Below, piece by piece: positions 40,801 to 48,610 of a DNA stretch of 64,000 bases. The DNA is from a virus, in the IMG/VR virus record IMGVR_UViG_3300012954_000007; one strand, written 5' to 3'. The translations under genes and the position numbers were made by a program. Position 1 is the stretch's first letter. Every line of letters begins with the position of its first letter. The notes beneath the pieces were generated by a model. The model saw only the letters and a list, made by a program, of their open reading frames with translations. It did not search any database and had not been told where the DNA came from.

Positions 40801-41221
40801 TAAAAGTGGGTTATTTAAAATAGACTACCAAATTAGTGGTACACACAAACTAATAGTTAAAACTGGTTCAGAAGACGTAACTGTAAATGACCCAACCAAC
40901 ACCACTGACCCAAATAAAGGAGTTGTTCCTAATTTATGGAAAAATGTATTAAAAGGACATAACCAATTTTCAAACAAACGATGTCCGTGTTTTAGAGTAG
41001 AAAGAGCGTTAGAAGGAAGGTTTGGTGTTAATCTAAGAAAAAAATTAGCAATAGTAATAAATGAACTAGGTAGTCAAGGACCAATAAGTCAAACAACCGC
41101 ACAAGAAAAAATGTTAGAAATTATAGGTTTAGGTAAAAGAGGAAGTGGGAGTGGATACGTACCTAGCCCATGGGCAACATCTAAATCCCCATTCGGAGGA
41201 AGAGATTTAGCGGGTAACTAA
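34802..41221 (+). CDS. baseplate hub protein with C-terminal N-acetylmuramoyl-L-alanine amidase (T7-lysozyme/PGRP-like)
   Basis: Hub-like MGNVCIQPTMYFEL...SGPYLILDVEHSI; amidase YIVIHVTA, IGYHYLI, GAHVLGHNSRSLGI, GHNQFSNKRCPCF. Confidence 0.75.
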   Translation: MANEISNGDNILVEFSENNILLVDPSRVFEGGRVKDRLVDAENLVIYASLKARVVPRSKLIAGAGVDNQTPEAFVDVFEGEINFLKPEGKDFYTSDWTDTQTGKGFATAGGALNQRVQNTITDPVTGQVSITEEIKNRLDSEGFGINNISVTLNRAFTPIVNITFTDVRGQTLFEQGPNSPYAAFFQLPYPLFKLKLKGYYGKAVEYQLMLEKFNASFDSSSGNYNVTCNFKGRVTALLADITLQEMRVAPYMFAKSYEIETGEDEKSSFFSSRGRQTLSQVYEAYKAKGLVNNSLPDLTIDDLIDRVTELETDIEKKLKSYNLNALDDIETYDRYSTAYRNKILASGGWRAVYIDTDINSVTGPTVDEKTDKVYYVFKKVYRDNPVKRKEAFENLRKKIKEGNEGLLRNKTFGDGGEQSIPVDIKLEDFEVAPPFGFEETTNSWFTFETFEEKIGKIITVFNTKRTEIEKNLTNVVNSVVIESLGFNPTVRNIFAIFIAHADTFLRLMDETHTQAFAVREETDRLNAVRGPGNPSSTDEIVMIYPWPHYYIQETDENGPQYVSTYPGSVKVLGETKAYDSTLWPEVNFVEEFFKAQVISNSDSKPEFSVNTVGGNWIPITSFELGEEQVYINKSVVPFNYEIWDRSTIFSCFSGLSTRLKTNVSQNTFYELSKIEAANIKEYLTGLLDLNELLKNQNFNYNTYLDYLQQISPLNNYPLLIRDQFNTPYVRVKVNDSRFTVTPFNEFKNLTYQLNDGKIESSLSTLDSVLASGNVKENNIIETFPFSHFVTAAPGTSWTVNNLAGGVQISSYQSLNSIQQSVSYQADQKVFASIIPDNTTSSVIENIQFYTDADWAAKTAITDLATKIDTRFINNQNTKNSWEVFFGTVQFQPGTTYVCNQNLVTTEGNLNYGEDYDGKISSKQITSLLNTPYFINSMVEGVSNEINGVDNPYKSAAYLFLNSLPLPTLREKTLLSNQSTYNIYGDYIGKTLNQVSAVHPLPSAWILKYGSIWHRYKQFTENGTDFLTNVWNNFDANTYFNNSNGLGYTYDLNVGGSGATLTSFGGQWNPNPTTDQLNLGFYPELNNYIYYFVTGELLYDGLNISGFPITDNQINQLLIQEALYLKKAEELTITSLSTDPIQTKANLWFNYYDLTRESYLSGYTTQQYLLFPCEGGMKKSQLEFEVDTPYNLSNNTNVTNGAARLVWALSNYGYFEHNQNTFPQPDQYLKKIMSDQEEQLSFDIVNNEDYTSIEELFDIFSPEILDTFEEYFLNFTKKFEPDPPIFYEKENIMSLNFQKTLREFLKIDQNKVNPTQSNTQLSYNLGQTQLNKINVTLRDFLSHQTAFNFYNPKDVNIRVFKSIAPTSGATTSISFGNYQGNLPPDISLNDSTTLYVDEWKELRKQVGFYTDSLSSAYTLNLLYNDSGNYVTEFFRELNIEFNVPNIKLLRKIIRMYVTARIEAGATQNINNLEFLQRIKNEVIDSWEFGQFDFLNQLFIQLKKVLPQTAETQIDDFSQKSTYETDENKLEQYQVFKTLNDKWIGGEEFSNKYLFEDFLFYDVANRDIGDKAIITTDAIKNFGSVNNANKSLLTIIGSLLQGNYFNFMGMPSYINFYGMTSQGDTPIPKLSTQEEADAIFGTHLEVNTLDSGPKFLCQYVGPPSTQLGGEFTKKSKFQNDSFKLGRTIQNPLLSNDYDPQKNNKVVAFAVDFGIQSQGIFKGISLDQSQFKNTSESFAVTEAMAQSANDKSILTQGLSLFNIYKSRSYTCKIEAMGNVCIQPTMYFELRHVPMFSGPYLILDVEHSIQPNTMTTSFTGVRVPFHKMPEVSQLVAKVNQSFLNKVRKKVKQEKQIARQGGFEAESTTESESVKTGNNNFRGRNDGKLDYIVIHVTAGVDYGPNPVSNINQQHINRGFAGIGYHYLISRGTEGSKPDGTLYGGRPYNKVGAHVLGHNSRSLGISMIANCAKMGTYTSTPTSTNEYPTDNQKNTLEWTLLYLLFKSGLFKIDYQISGTHKLIVKTGSEDVTVNDPTNTTDPNKGVVPNLWKNVLKGHNQFSNKRCPCFRVERALEGRFGVNLRKKLAIVINELGSQGPISQTTAQEKMLEIIGLGKRGSGSGYVPSPWATSKSPFGGRDLAGN

Positions 41222-41270
41222 ATTAGAGATTTACTGACCTTGTAATATTTATATATAAAATAACATTATT

Positions 41271-41477
41271 ATGAAAAATATAGAAAAAAATTTAGACAAC
41301 TTTCTAGGTAACAAAAGTCAAACCAACAAAAACGTAAAAGTAGAGGAGGAAGGATTTGAAGAAGTTTGTGACAGAGAAACTGGAGAATGTAAAACCATCA
41401 AGTCAAAAGATGGACTTATTGAAAGAGTTAATAAAAGAGTAATCACTGAAGACGGTAGAAGTCTTTTAATGGGGTAA
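41271..41477 (+). CDS. small hypothetical protein
   Basis: 68 aa, CDRETGEC motif, TATTTAT upstream. Confidence 0.65.
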   Translation: MKNIEKNLDNFLGNKSQTNKNVKVEEEGFEEVCDRETGECKTIKSKDGLIERVNKRVITEDGRSLLMG

Positions 41478-41489
41478 AAAAAAATTAAA

Positions 41490-42215
41490 ATGAGTCGTAG
41501 AAAACAAATTGAAAATATTTTATCTGAAGAGTTAAATAGATTTAATCAGATAGGTGGGTATGTAGAAAACTTACACGAACAATTTTTAGGTTTTGCTGGA
41601 AATACGAGAGCTGAATTAGGTGAACAAGAAGGTGAAGATGAATTAGGTTTGGAAGATACTGCTACTGATGACACCGCTACTGATGATACTGCTACTGATG
41701 ATTTAGGTATTGATGACACCGCTACTGATGAGGTTGGTACGGATGATTCACTAGAAGACGATTTAGGTGGAGACATCGAAGATACAACAGGAGAAAGTGG
41801 TACGGAAGAGATTGATGTCACTGACATAGTAACTATGACTAAAGAAACTGGTGAAAAAGCAGAAGAATTAGAAGGTACTATTGGTAAACAAAAAGATAGT
41901 ATAGATTCTCTAATATCTAAACTAGATGACTTGGAAGGAAAGCTAAATAGCATGGATAAAGTAATGGCATCTATTAATCATCTAGAAGATAAAATAGAGG
42001 AATATAGACCCCAAACACCTGAAGAAAAATTAGAACTTCGTTATTTGGATAGTGGACCTTTTAATCAGTCCCCTAAAAAATATTGGGAAGGCAAAAAGGG
42101 AGAACTTAAAAAACAAAAAGACAAACACGAATATGTTTTAACTGCCGATGATATAGAAAATGTTAACGACAATGATGTTAAAAATAGTTGGGTCTACAGT
42201 CCAGAAGACGAATAA
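41490..42215 (+). CDS. acidic coiled-coil protein, scaffold/core-like
   Basis: Leader ILSEELNRFNQI...LHEQ, D/E-rich repeat, coiled coil. Confidence 0.55.
   Translation: MSRRKQIENILSEELNRFNQIGGYVENLHEQFLGFAGNTRAELGEQEGEDELGLEDTATDDTATDDTATDDLGIDDTATDEVGTDDSLEDDLGGDIEDTTGESGTEEIDVTDIVTMTKETGEKAEELEGTIGKQKDSIDSLISKLDDLEGKLNSMDKVMASINHLEDKIEEYRPQTPEEKLELRYLDSGPFNQSPKKYWEGKKGELKKQKDKHEYVLTADDIENVNDNDVKNSWVYSPEDE
41655..41729 (+). repeat. 15-bp tandem repeat (DTATD)
   Basis: GAYACYGCTACTGAT x3, one diverged unit, then one more copy. Confidence 0.9.
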
Positions 42216-42243
42216 AATTAATTATAGATTATTAAATAAATTT

Positions 42244-42272
42244 AGGGGAAGGTCATTGACTTCCCCTTTTTT
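42244..42272 (+). terminator. intrinsic terminator overlapping downstream -35
   Basis: AGGGGAAG-gtcattga-CTTCCCCT followed by a T tract. Confidence 0.8.
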
Positions 42273-42284
42273 ATGTGTTATATT
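42256..42284 (+). promoter_or_regulatory. sigma70-like promoter of the replication operon
   Basis: TTGACT-N17-TATATT with extended -10 TG. Confidence 0.65.
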
Positions 42285-42327
42285 TTCCCATATAAACATT
42301 TTAATTAATTAAAAAAAGAAATAACAA

Positions 42328-43206
42328 ATGAGTAGTTTAGACGCAGTTTTAAAACAGTATGAACAAGGACAAGTTCAAAACAATAGTCCAAAAAGTAATA
42401 TTAGTAGAGAAGATAGACTTAAAAAATACTTCGCTACTTATCTACCACAAGGTGAAAAAGAAGGTGAAGCTAATATTAGAATTTTACCTACAAGTGATGG
42501 AAGTTCTCCATTTAAAGAAGTTTTTTTTCACGAAATACAAGTGGATGGTAAATGGGTTAAATTAATGGACCCAGGAAAAAATGGTGACGGTTCATCTACA
42601 GGTGAGAGAAGTCCTTTAAATGAAGTTGAGGAAGCCCTTAAACTAACTGGAAATCAAAAAGATAAAGAAATTGCTAGACAGTATCGTTCTAAGAAATTTT
42701 ATATTGTAAAAGTAATTGACCGTGACGCTGAAGATGACGGTGTAAAATTTTGGAGATTCAAATGGAACTATAAAGGTGACGGAGTAATGGACAAAATTAT
42801 TCCAATCTTTCAAAAAAGAGGGGACGTTACAGACACTAAAGAAGGTAGAGATTTAACCTTAATGTTAAAATCAGTTCCATTACCTAATGGTAAAGGAAAT
42901 TATACTGTAGTTTCTATGGTATTAGCAGAAGACCCATCACCACTATCAAGTGATGAGGGTAAAGCAAAGGAGTGGTTAGGTAACTCAGAAACTTACAAAG
43001 ACGTTTATTCACAAAAACCTGTAGAATATTTAGAAGCTGTTTCTAGAGGAGAAACACCAGTTTGGGATACAGACCTTAAAAAATATGTTTACGGTGATAC
43101 TGAAGAAACTATAAACATGGGAGGGACTTCTAACTCTACTACAACAAATACATCACCAGTAGACCCACAAGCGGGTCAAGAAAGTGATTCAGATTTACCA
43201 TTCTAA
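42328..43206 (+). CDS. single-stranded DNA-binding protein (gp32-like)
   Basis: IRILP, PFKEVFFH, VKVIDR, GRDLTL, acidic tail ending DSDLPF. Confidence 0.85.
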   Translation: MSSLDAVLKQYEQGQVQNNSPKSNISREDRLKKYFATYLPQGEKEGEANIRILPTSDGSSPFKEVFFHEIQVDGKWVKLMDPGKNGDGSSTGERSPLNEVEEALKLTGNQKDKEIARQYRSKKFYIVKVIDRDAEDDGVKFWRFKWNYKGDGVMDKIIPIFQKRGDVTDTKEGRDLTLMLKSVPLPNGKGNYTVVSMVLAEDPSPLSSDEGKAKEWLGNSETYKDVYSQKPVEYLEAVSRGETPVWDTDLKKYVYGDTEETINMGGTSNSTTTNTSPVDPQAGQESDSDLPF

Positions 43207-43218
43207 TAAAATAAAAAA

Positions 43219-44214
43219 ATGGCAATAAAGAAAAAAAGTTTTAAAGATATTAAAAGTAAGTTCTCTAAAAAAGCTTCCTTCAAACCAGACAGATTTTTTG
43301 ATTTGGGGGAAGCGTTTCTAGACGCTACAGGATTACCAGGACCAGCTATGGGACATATTAATATGCTTTTAGGACATAGTGATACTGGTAAAACTACCGC
43401 TTTAGTTAAAACAGCTGTAGACGCACAGAAAAAAGGAATTTTACCAGTGTTTATTATTACAGAACAAAAATGGGATTTTGACCATGCTAAACTTATGGGT
43501 TTAGAATGTGAAAAAGATAAAGATGGTGACTGGGACGGATTTTTCTTATTTAACAACGGATTTGAGTATATAGAACAAATTACAGACTATATTAATGAAT
43601 TGTTAGACGCACAAGAAAAAGGTGAACTAGAATACGATTTAGTACTTTTATGGGATTCAGTAGGTTCTGTTCCATGTAAAATGACTTTTGATGGTAAAGG
43701 AGGTAAACAACATAACGCTAGTGTCTTATCAGATAAAATAGGTATGGGAATTAACCAAAGAATCACGGGTTCTAGAAATACTAATTCTAAATATTTAAAC
43801 ACACTAGTTACTGTGAACCAACCTTGGGTTGAGTTACCAGACAATCCTTTTTCACAACCAAAAATTAAAGCTAAAGGAGGAGAATCGTTATGGTTAAATT
43901 CTACCATTGTATTCTTATTTGGTAATCAGAAGAATGCTGGTACTTCTAAAATAACAGCAACAAAAGATAAAAGAAAAGTAAAATTTGCAACTCGTACCAA
44001 AATCTCAATTATGAAAAACCATGTTAATGGTCTGGGATATGAGGACGGCAAAATATTAGTAACACCTCATGGTTTCCTTAAAGGAAAGGACGCTGGAGAA
44101 GAAAAAAAATCAATAGAAGGTTATAAGTCTGAAAATTCTGAATATTGGAAAGATATTATAGGTTCTGATGGTGATTATAACTTAGCAGTCGAAGAGACTG
44201 GTGAAATATTTTAA
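43219..44214 (+). CDS. RecA/UvsX-like recombinase
   Basis: Walker A GHSDTGKTT, ITEQK, Walker B LWDSVGS, VNQ, KGG, KNHV. Confidence 0.88.
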   Translation: MAIKKKSFKDIKSKFSKKASFKPDRFFDLGEAFLDATGLPGPAMGHINMLLGHSDTGKTTALVKTAVDAQKKGILPVFIITEQKWDFDHAKLMGLECEKDKDGDWDGFFLFNNGFEYIEQITDYINELLDAQEKGELEYDLVLLWDSVGSVPCKMTFDGKGGKQHNASVLSDKIGMGINQRITGSRNTNSKYLNTLVTVNQPWVELPDNPFSQPKIKAKGGESLWLNSTIVFLFGNQKNAGTSKITATKDKRKVKFATRTKISIMKNHVNGLGYEDGKILVTPHGFLKGKDAGEEKKSIEGYKSENSEYWKDIIGSDGDYNLAVEETGEIF

Positions 44215-44225
44215 ATTAAAAAAAA

Positions 44226-44660
44226 ATGGCAAAAGTAGAAAAAGGTAGTAAAGTTAAAGTACATTATACAGGTACTAAAAATGATGGTAGTAAATTTGAT
44301 AGTTCTCACGATAGAGGGCAAGTCTTAGAATTCGAAGTGGGTTCTGGTCAAATGATAAAAGGATTTGATGAAGGTGTTGTTGGTATGGAAGTAGGTGAAA
44401 CTAAAGACCTACACTTAAAACCAGAAGACGCATATGGTTTAAGAAAAGAAGAAGCTCAAACCGAGGTACCTAAAGAGGCACTTCCACCAGATTTTAACCC
44501 AGAAGTTGGTGAAACTGTACAAGGTCAAACAATAGACGGAAGACCAATTTTAGCAAAAGTTAAAGAATTACAAGAAAATAAAGTAATTTTAGACTTGAAC
44601 CACCCATTAGCGGGTGAAGAACTTAATTTTAAAGTTGAGTTAGTAGAGATAGAAAAGTAG
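44226..44660 (+). CDS. FKBP-type peptidyl-prolyl isomerase, SlyD/SlpA-like
   Basis: VKVHYTG...FDSS...GQMIKGFDEGVVGM...PEDAYG, insert-in-flap region, DLNHPLAGEELNF; no His-rich tail. Confidence 0.92.
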   Translation: MAKVEKGSKVKVHYTGTKNDGSKFDSSHDRGQVLEFEVGSGQMIKGFDEGVVGMEVGETKDLHLKPEDAYGLRKEEAQTEVPKEALPPDFNPEVGETVQGQTIDGRPILAKVKELQENKVILDLNHPLAGEELNFKVELVEIEK

Positions 44661-44684
44661 TGTTTAATTTTATAATAAAACAAA

Positions 44685-45701
44685 ATGTTAAAGACATTAA
44701 TTGTCGATGGTAATAGTATATTACAAACAGGGTTTCACGGAGTAAAAGATTTTTACCATAATGATAAACATTTTGGAGCTATTTTTTATTTTCTTAATAC
44801 CCTTAAGAGAAATTTAGAAAAAGAATCCTACGATAGAGTAGTAGTTTTTTGGGATGGTAAAAAAAATTATAAATATCGTAGGGATTTATATTCCCCCTAC
44901 AAAGTAAATCGAAAGAAAAGGTTAGATAAAGAAAAAATTGATGACATGTTTCGTCAAAAAAATAGGATATCTCAGTATCTAGAAGAATTTTTTATTAGAC
45001 AGGGAGGTTACAGTAATTGTGAAGCTGATGACTGTATAGCTTATTATTGTCAGATGTCCCCCGATGAAACAAAAGTTATCTTAACTAATGATAAAGACTT
45101 ATTACAATTAGTTAATGAACAAGTAAAAGTACTATTAACTAGAACTGATACTTTAGTGACTCACACTGACCATATTAAAATGGGTAAACTACCCATACAC
45201 GTCCCACCACAAAATATTCCTCTTTTTAAAATTTTATTAGGTGATAGAAGTGACAATATCAAAGGAATTAAGTATTTTGGTGAAAAGTCTTTAATTAAAC
45301 ATTTTCCAGAAATAGAAAAAAATAAATTATCTATAGAAGAAATAATAAATAAAGCTAGAAGTAAATTAACTGACGGTAGTAAAGACAGGGGTCTTAAAAA
45401 TTTATCAGAAGGTATTTCAGCTGATGGTAGAAAAGGAAAAGAATTCTTTGAAATAAATCAAAAAATAATAGATTTAAGTCATCCTTTTTTAACTAAAAAA
45501 GCTAAAGAAGAAATAACAGAACTAATAAATGAATCTCTAGACCCAGAAGGTAGAGAAAACAAAAATGTAGTACAGATGATGAAAGAAGACGGGTTGTTTA
45601 CTGTACTACCTAAAAAAGATGATAGTTGGACATCGTTCATACAACCACTAACCCAACTAAGAAAAAAAGAAATTAAATATTTTAAACTACAAAAAAATTA
45701 A
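44685..45701 (+). CDS. 5'-3' exonuclease / T4 RNase H-like flap endonuclease
   Basis: IVDGNS, FWDG, YKVNR, EADDCIA, TNDKDLLQL, GDRSDNIKGI. Confidence 0.92.
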   Translation: MLKTLIVDGNSILQTGFHGVKDFYHNDKHFGAIFYFLNTLKRNLEKESYDRVVVFWDGKKNYKYRRDLYSPYKVNRKKRLDKEKIDDMFRQKNRISQYLEEFFIRQGGYSNCEADDCIAYYCQMSPDETKVILTNDKDLLQLVNEQVKVLLTRTDTLVTHTDHIKMGKLPIHVPPQNIPLFKILLGDRSDNIKGIKYFGEKSLIKHFPEIEKNKLSIEEIINKARSKLTDGSKDRGLKNLSEGISADGRKGKEFFEINQKIIDLSHPFLTKKAKEEITELINESLDPEGRENKNVVQMMKEDGLFTVLPKKDDSWTSFIQPLTQLRKKEIKYFKLQKN

Positions 45702-45703
45702 AA

Positions 45704-46153
45704 ATGGAAGACAAAAAAATAACAAAGTTTGAATTCTTACTAACACTAGAAGACCACATTATCTGTCAAAGATTTTTTAACGTAAGAGGGTATAAACCTA
45801 GAAACATAAAATCTCTAGATTTGTATGAAACAGTAAAATACATGCAAGATGATATAAATGAATCATTAAAAATGAAAGCTACTGATTATTTGACCTCCCT
45901 CTACAACACTTATACACACACTGTCAATCTGTCAGAACAAGACCGTGAACAACCGCCTCGTGAACATTTCAATATATACATAAAATTAAACAATGAGATA
46001 GTCACACACCGAATTTTTCCAGCTTGGATATACCCAGGAAAAATAAGATATACAGTAGATATTCGACCTTTTATTGGTGGATTTTTGAGAGACTTGAGTG
46101 ACGTATTGTCAGCTGAAAAAGTTGAGCGAAAATATCTAGAAACGACACTTTAA
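45704..46153 (+). CDS. hypothetical protein in replication operon
   Basis: 149-aa ORF coupled to the exonuclease gene. Confidence 0.65.
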   Translation: MEDKKITKFEFLLTLEDHIICQRFFNVRGYKPRNIKSLDLYETVKYMQDDINESLKMKATDYLTSLYNTYTHTVNLSEQDREQPPREHFNIYIKLNNEIVTHRIFPAWIYPGKIRYTVDIRPFIGGFLRDLSDVLSAEKVERKYLETTL

Positions 46154-46189
46154 TAGTATTTATTAATTACCCTAAAAGATTTAAGATAG

Positions 46190-47566
46190 ATGAAAGAAAG
46201 TAAAAGTTTTGGTTACCTAGGTCACACGTTTCAAGTCAAACTTATTAACCAAATAATAACCGACAAAAAATTTGCAAATAACATAATTGAGGTCATCGAC
46301 CCCAAGTATTTTGATAACCAGTATTTTAAACTGATTAGTCAAATGGCAAAGGAGTATTTCGAAAAATATAACACCCCACCTACCTTCGATGTTTTAGACC
46401 AAACTACCAGATTAGAAGTTTCATCTGACATGGCCAGAACTAACATATTTGACATGTTAGTAGAAATAAGAGAATGTAGTGTAGAGGACCATTTATGGAT
46501 ACAAGAAAAAGCTCTTAAATTCTGTAAACAACAAGAATTAAAAAAAGCTATAACTAAAGTTAATAAGATAATTGAAAAGGGTGACTTTGAATCTTACGAT
46601 AAGTGTGAAGAATTTATAAGACAAGCAACACAAATAGGTGAAGTCACTGACGGAGCTATGGACGTTTTCCAAGACCTAGAGGACGCTCTAATAGACGATT
46701 TTAGAGACCCTATACCATTAGGTATAAACGGAATAGATAATGTATTAGATGGTGGATTAGCAAAAGGTGAGATAGGTGTTTTTCTTGCACCTACAGGTGT
46801 TGGTAAAACTACGGTTCTAACAAAAGTAGCTAATACTGCTTATAATATGGGATTCAGTGTTTTACAGATATTTTTTGAAGACAACCCTAAAGTTATACAA
46901 AGAAAACACATAACGTGTTGGTCTGGTATTCCAGCTCAGGAACAATCTTCCAGACGTGAAGAAGTTTTAGAAAAGATAGCACCATATAAAAAAGGTAGGG
47001 GTAATTTAATTATAGAAAAATTACCTTCAGACAGAATAACTATAGCTTCTATAAAAAATAGAATAAGAAAATTAGTAGCAGAAGGTAATAAATTTGATAT
47101 GATTGTTTTAGATTATATTGATTGTGTACTTCCAGATAAACATTTTAATGAAGTTTGGCAAGGAGAAGGTTTAGTTATGAGACAATTTGAAAGTATGTGT
47201 AATGAATTAGATGTTGCGGGGTGGACCGCGGCACAAGGTAATAGGACTTCTATAAGTTCTGAAGTAGTAACTACCGACATGATGGGTGGTTCTATCAAAA
47301 AAGCACAAGTTGGACACGTCATCATTACTTTAGCTAAATCACTACAACAAAAAGAAATGGGATTAGCTACTATAGCAATTACAAAATCAAGGGTAGGACA
47401 AGACGGTATAGTGTTTGAAAATTGTAAATTTGATAACGCTACTTTAGAAATCGACACAGAACAATCCCAAACCCTTTTAGGATTAGAACAAGAAAGAGAA
47501 AGAAGAACTGCTGATAGGGTTAGAGCAGCTTTAGATAGAAGAAATCAACAAATAAACCAACAATAA
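46190..47566 (+). CDS. replicative DnaB-like helicase (gp41-like)
   Basis: APTGVGKTT, FFED, VLDYIDC, WTAAQGNR, KSRVG. Confidence 0.92.
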   Translation: MKESKSFGYLGHTFQVKLINQIITDKKFANNIIEVIDPKYFDNQYFKLISQMAKEYFEKYNTPPTFDVLDQTTRLEVSSDMARTNIFDMLVEIRECSVEDHLWIQEKALKFCKQQELKKAITKVNKIIEKGDFESYDKCEEFIRQATQIGEVTDGAMDVFQDLEDALIDDFRDPIPLGINGIDNVLDGGLAKGEIGVFLAPTGVGKTTVLTKVANTAYNMGFSVLQIFFEDNPKVIQRKHITCWSGIPAQEQSSRREEVLEKIAPYKKGRGNLIIEKLPSDRITIASIKNRIRKLVAEGNKFDMIVLDYIDCVLPDKHFNEVWQGEGLVMRQFESMCNELDVAGWTAAQGNRTSISSEVVTTDMMGGSIKKAQVGHVIITLAKSLQQKEMGLATIAITKSRVGQDGIVFENCKFDNATLEIDTEQSQTLLGLEQERERRTADRVRAALDRRNQQINQQ

Positions 47567-47577
47567 AAATATATAAA

Positions 47578-48588
47578 ATGAGTAATAGTAAAAATTTATT
47601 TACAGAGAGAGTGGCATACAAACCTTTTGAATATCCAGAATATTATACAGAAGGGTGGTTAAAACAAGCACAGGCATTTTGGTTACATACTGAAATTTCT
47701 ATGCAGGGAGATGTAAAAGATTGGAAGGAAAATCTTAACGAATCAGAAAAAAACTTAGTGGGTAATATCCTTTTAGGTTTCGCACAAACTGAATGTGCAG
47801 TATCAGATTATTGGACCAATATGGTAACTGACTGGTTCCCTAAACATGAGATTAGACAAATGGCGATGATGTTTGGTAGCCAAGAAACAATACATGCAGT
47901 CGCATACTCATACTTGAATGAGACTTTAGGTCTTGAAGATTTTGAAGCATTTTTACATGAAGAGGCTACTTCAGAAAAATTTGAATTATTGATGAATACT
48001 AAAGCAGATTACATTCACCATGATTTAGAAGATGACCCAGAAGCTAGAAAAGATGTAGCTAGGAGTTTAGCTATATTTAGTGCATTTGCCGAAGGAGTTT
48101 CTTTATATTCATCATTCGCTGTACTCTATAGTTTCCAACTAAGAAACTTACTTAAAGGTATTGGACAACAAATGAAATGGAGTGTGAGAGACGAATCATT
48201 ACATTCAAGAATGGGATGTAGATTATTTAATCACATGTGTGAAGAATATCCTGAATTAAGAGAAGAAAGTAAAAAAGACATTTACGATGCAGCTAAACTA
48301 ATTGTAGAATTAGAAGAGAAATTTATCGATAAAATGTTTGAAATGGGAGATTTAGAAAATTTAAAGTCTAGTGACTTAAAAGAGTTCATCAAACAAAGAA
48401 CAAATGACAAATTAAAAGAGTTGGGTTACGAAGAAATATTTGTCGTTAATCAAGAAAAATCCAGTAAATTAGACTGGTTCTATCACCTTACAGGTGGAGT
48501 AACCCATACTGACTTTTTTGCAATCAGACCTACTGATTACAGTAAAGCTGGTGAGGATGATGATTGGGACGAAGATTCCCTTTTTTAA
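47578..48588 (+). CDS. nrdB: class I ribonucleotide reductase beta subunit
   Basis: KPFEYP, FW, ETIHAVAY, EGVSLYSSF, RDESLH, HTDFF. Confidence 0.95.
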   Translation: MSNSKNLFTERVAYKPFEYPEYYTEGWLKQAQAFWLHTEISMQGDVKDWKENLNESEKNLVGNILLGFAQTECAVSDYWTNMVTDWFPKHEIRQMAMMFGSQETIHAVAYSYLNETLGLEDFEAFLHEEATSEKFELLMNTKADYIHHDLEDDPEARKDVARSLAIFSAFAEGVSLYSSFAVLYSFQLRNLLKGIGQQMKWSVRDESLHSRMGCRLFNHMCEEYPELREESKKDIYDAAKLIVELEEKFIDKMFEMGDLENLKSSDLKEFIKQRTNDKLKELGYEEIFVVNQEKSSKLDWFYHLTGGVTHTDFFAIRPTDYSKAGEDDDWDEDSLF

Positions 48589-48610
48589 ATAATAAAATTT
48601 AATAGGAAAT

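Noticed and set aside
41655-41729. 15-bp repeats as a CRISPR array or as host glycosylation sequons (D-T-A)
   Set aside because: No spacers; it is an in-frame coding repeat. The protein is cytoplasmic/virion-internal, so the host periplasmic glycosylation system is unlikely to reach it.
7845-42478. Identical 16-mer GGTGAAGCTAATATTA in the polB leader (7845-7860) and inside the SSB gene (42463-42478)
   Set aside because: A few 16-nt matches are expected by chance in 64 kb of AT-rich DNA, and there is no shared context.
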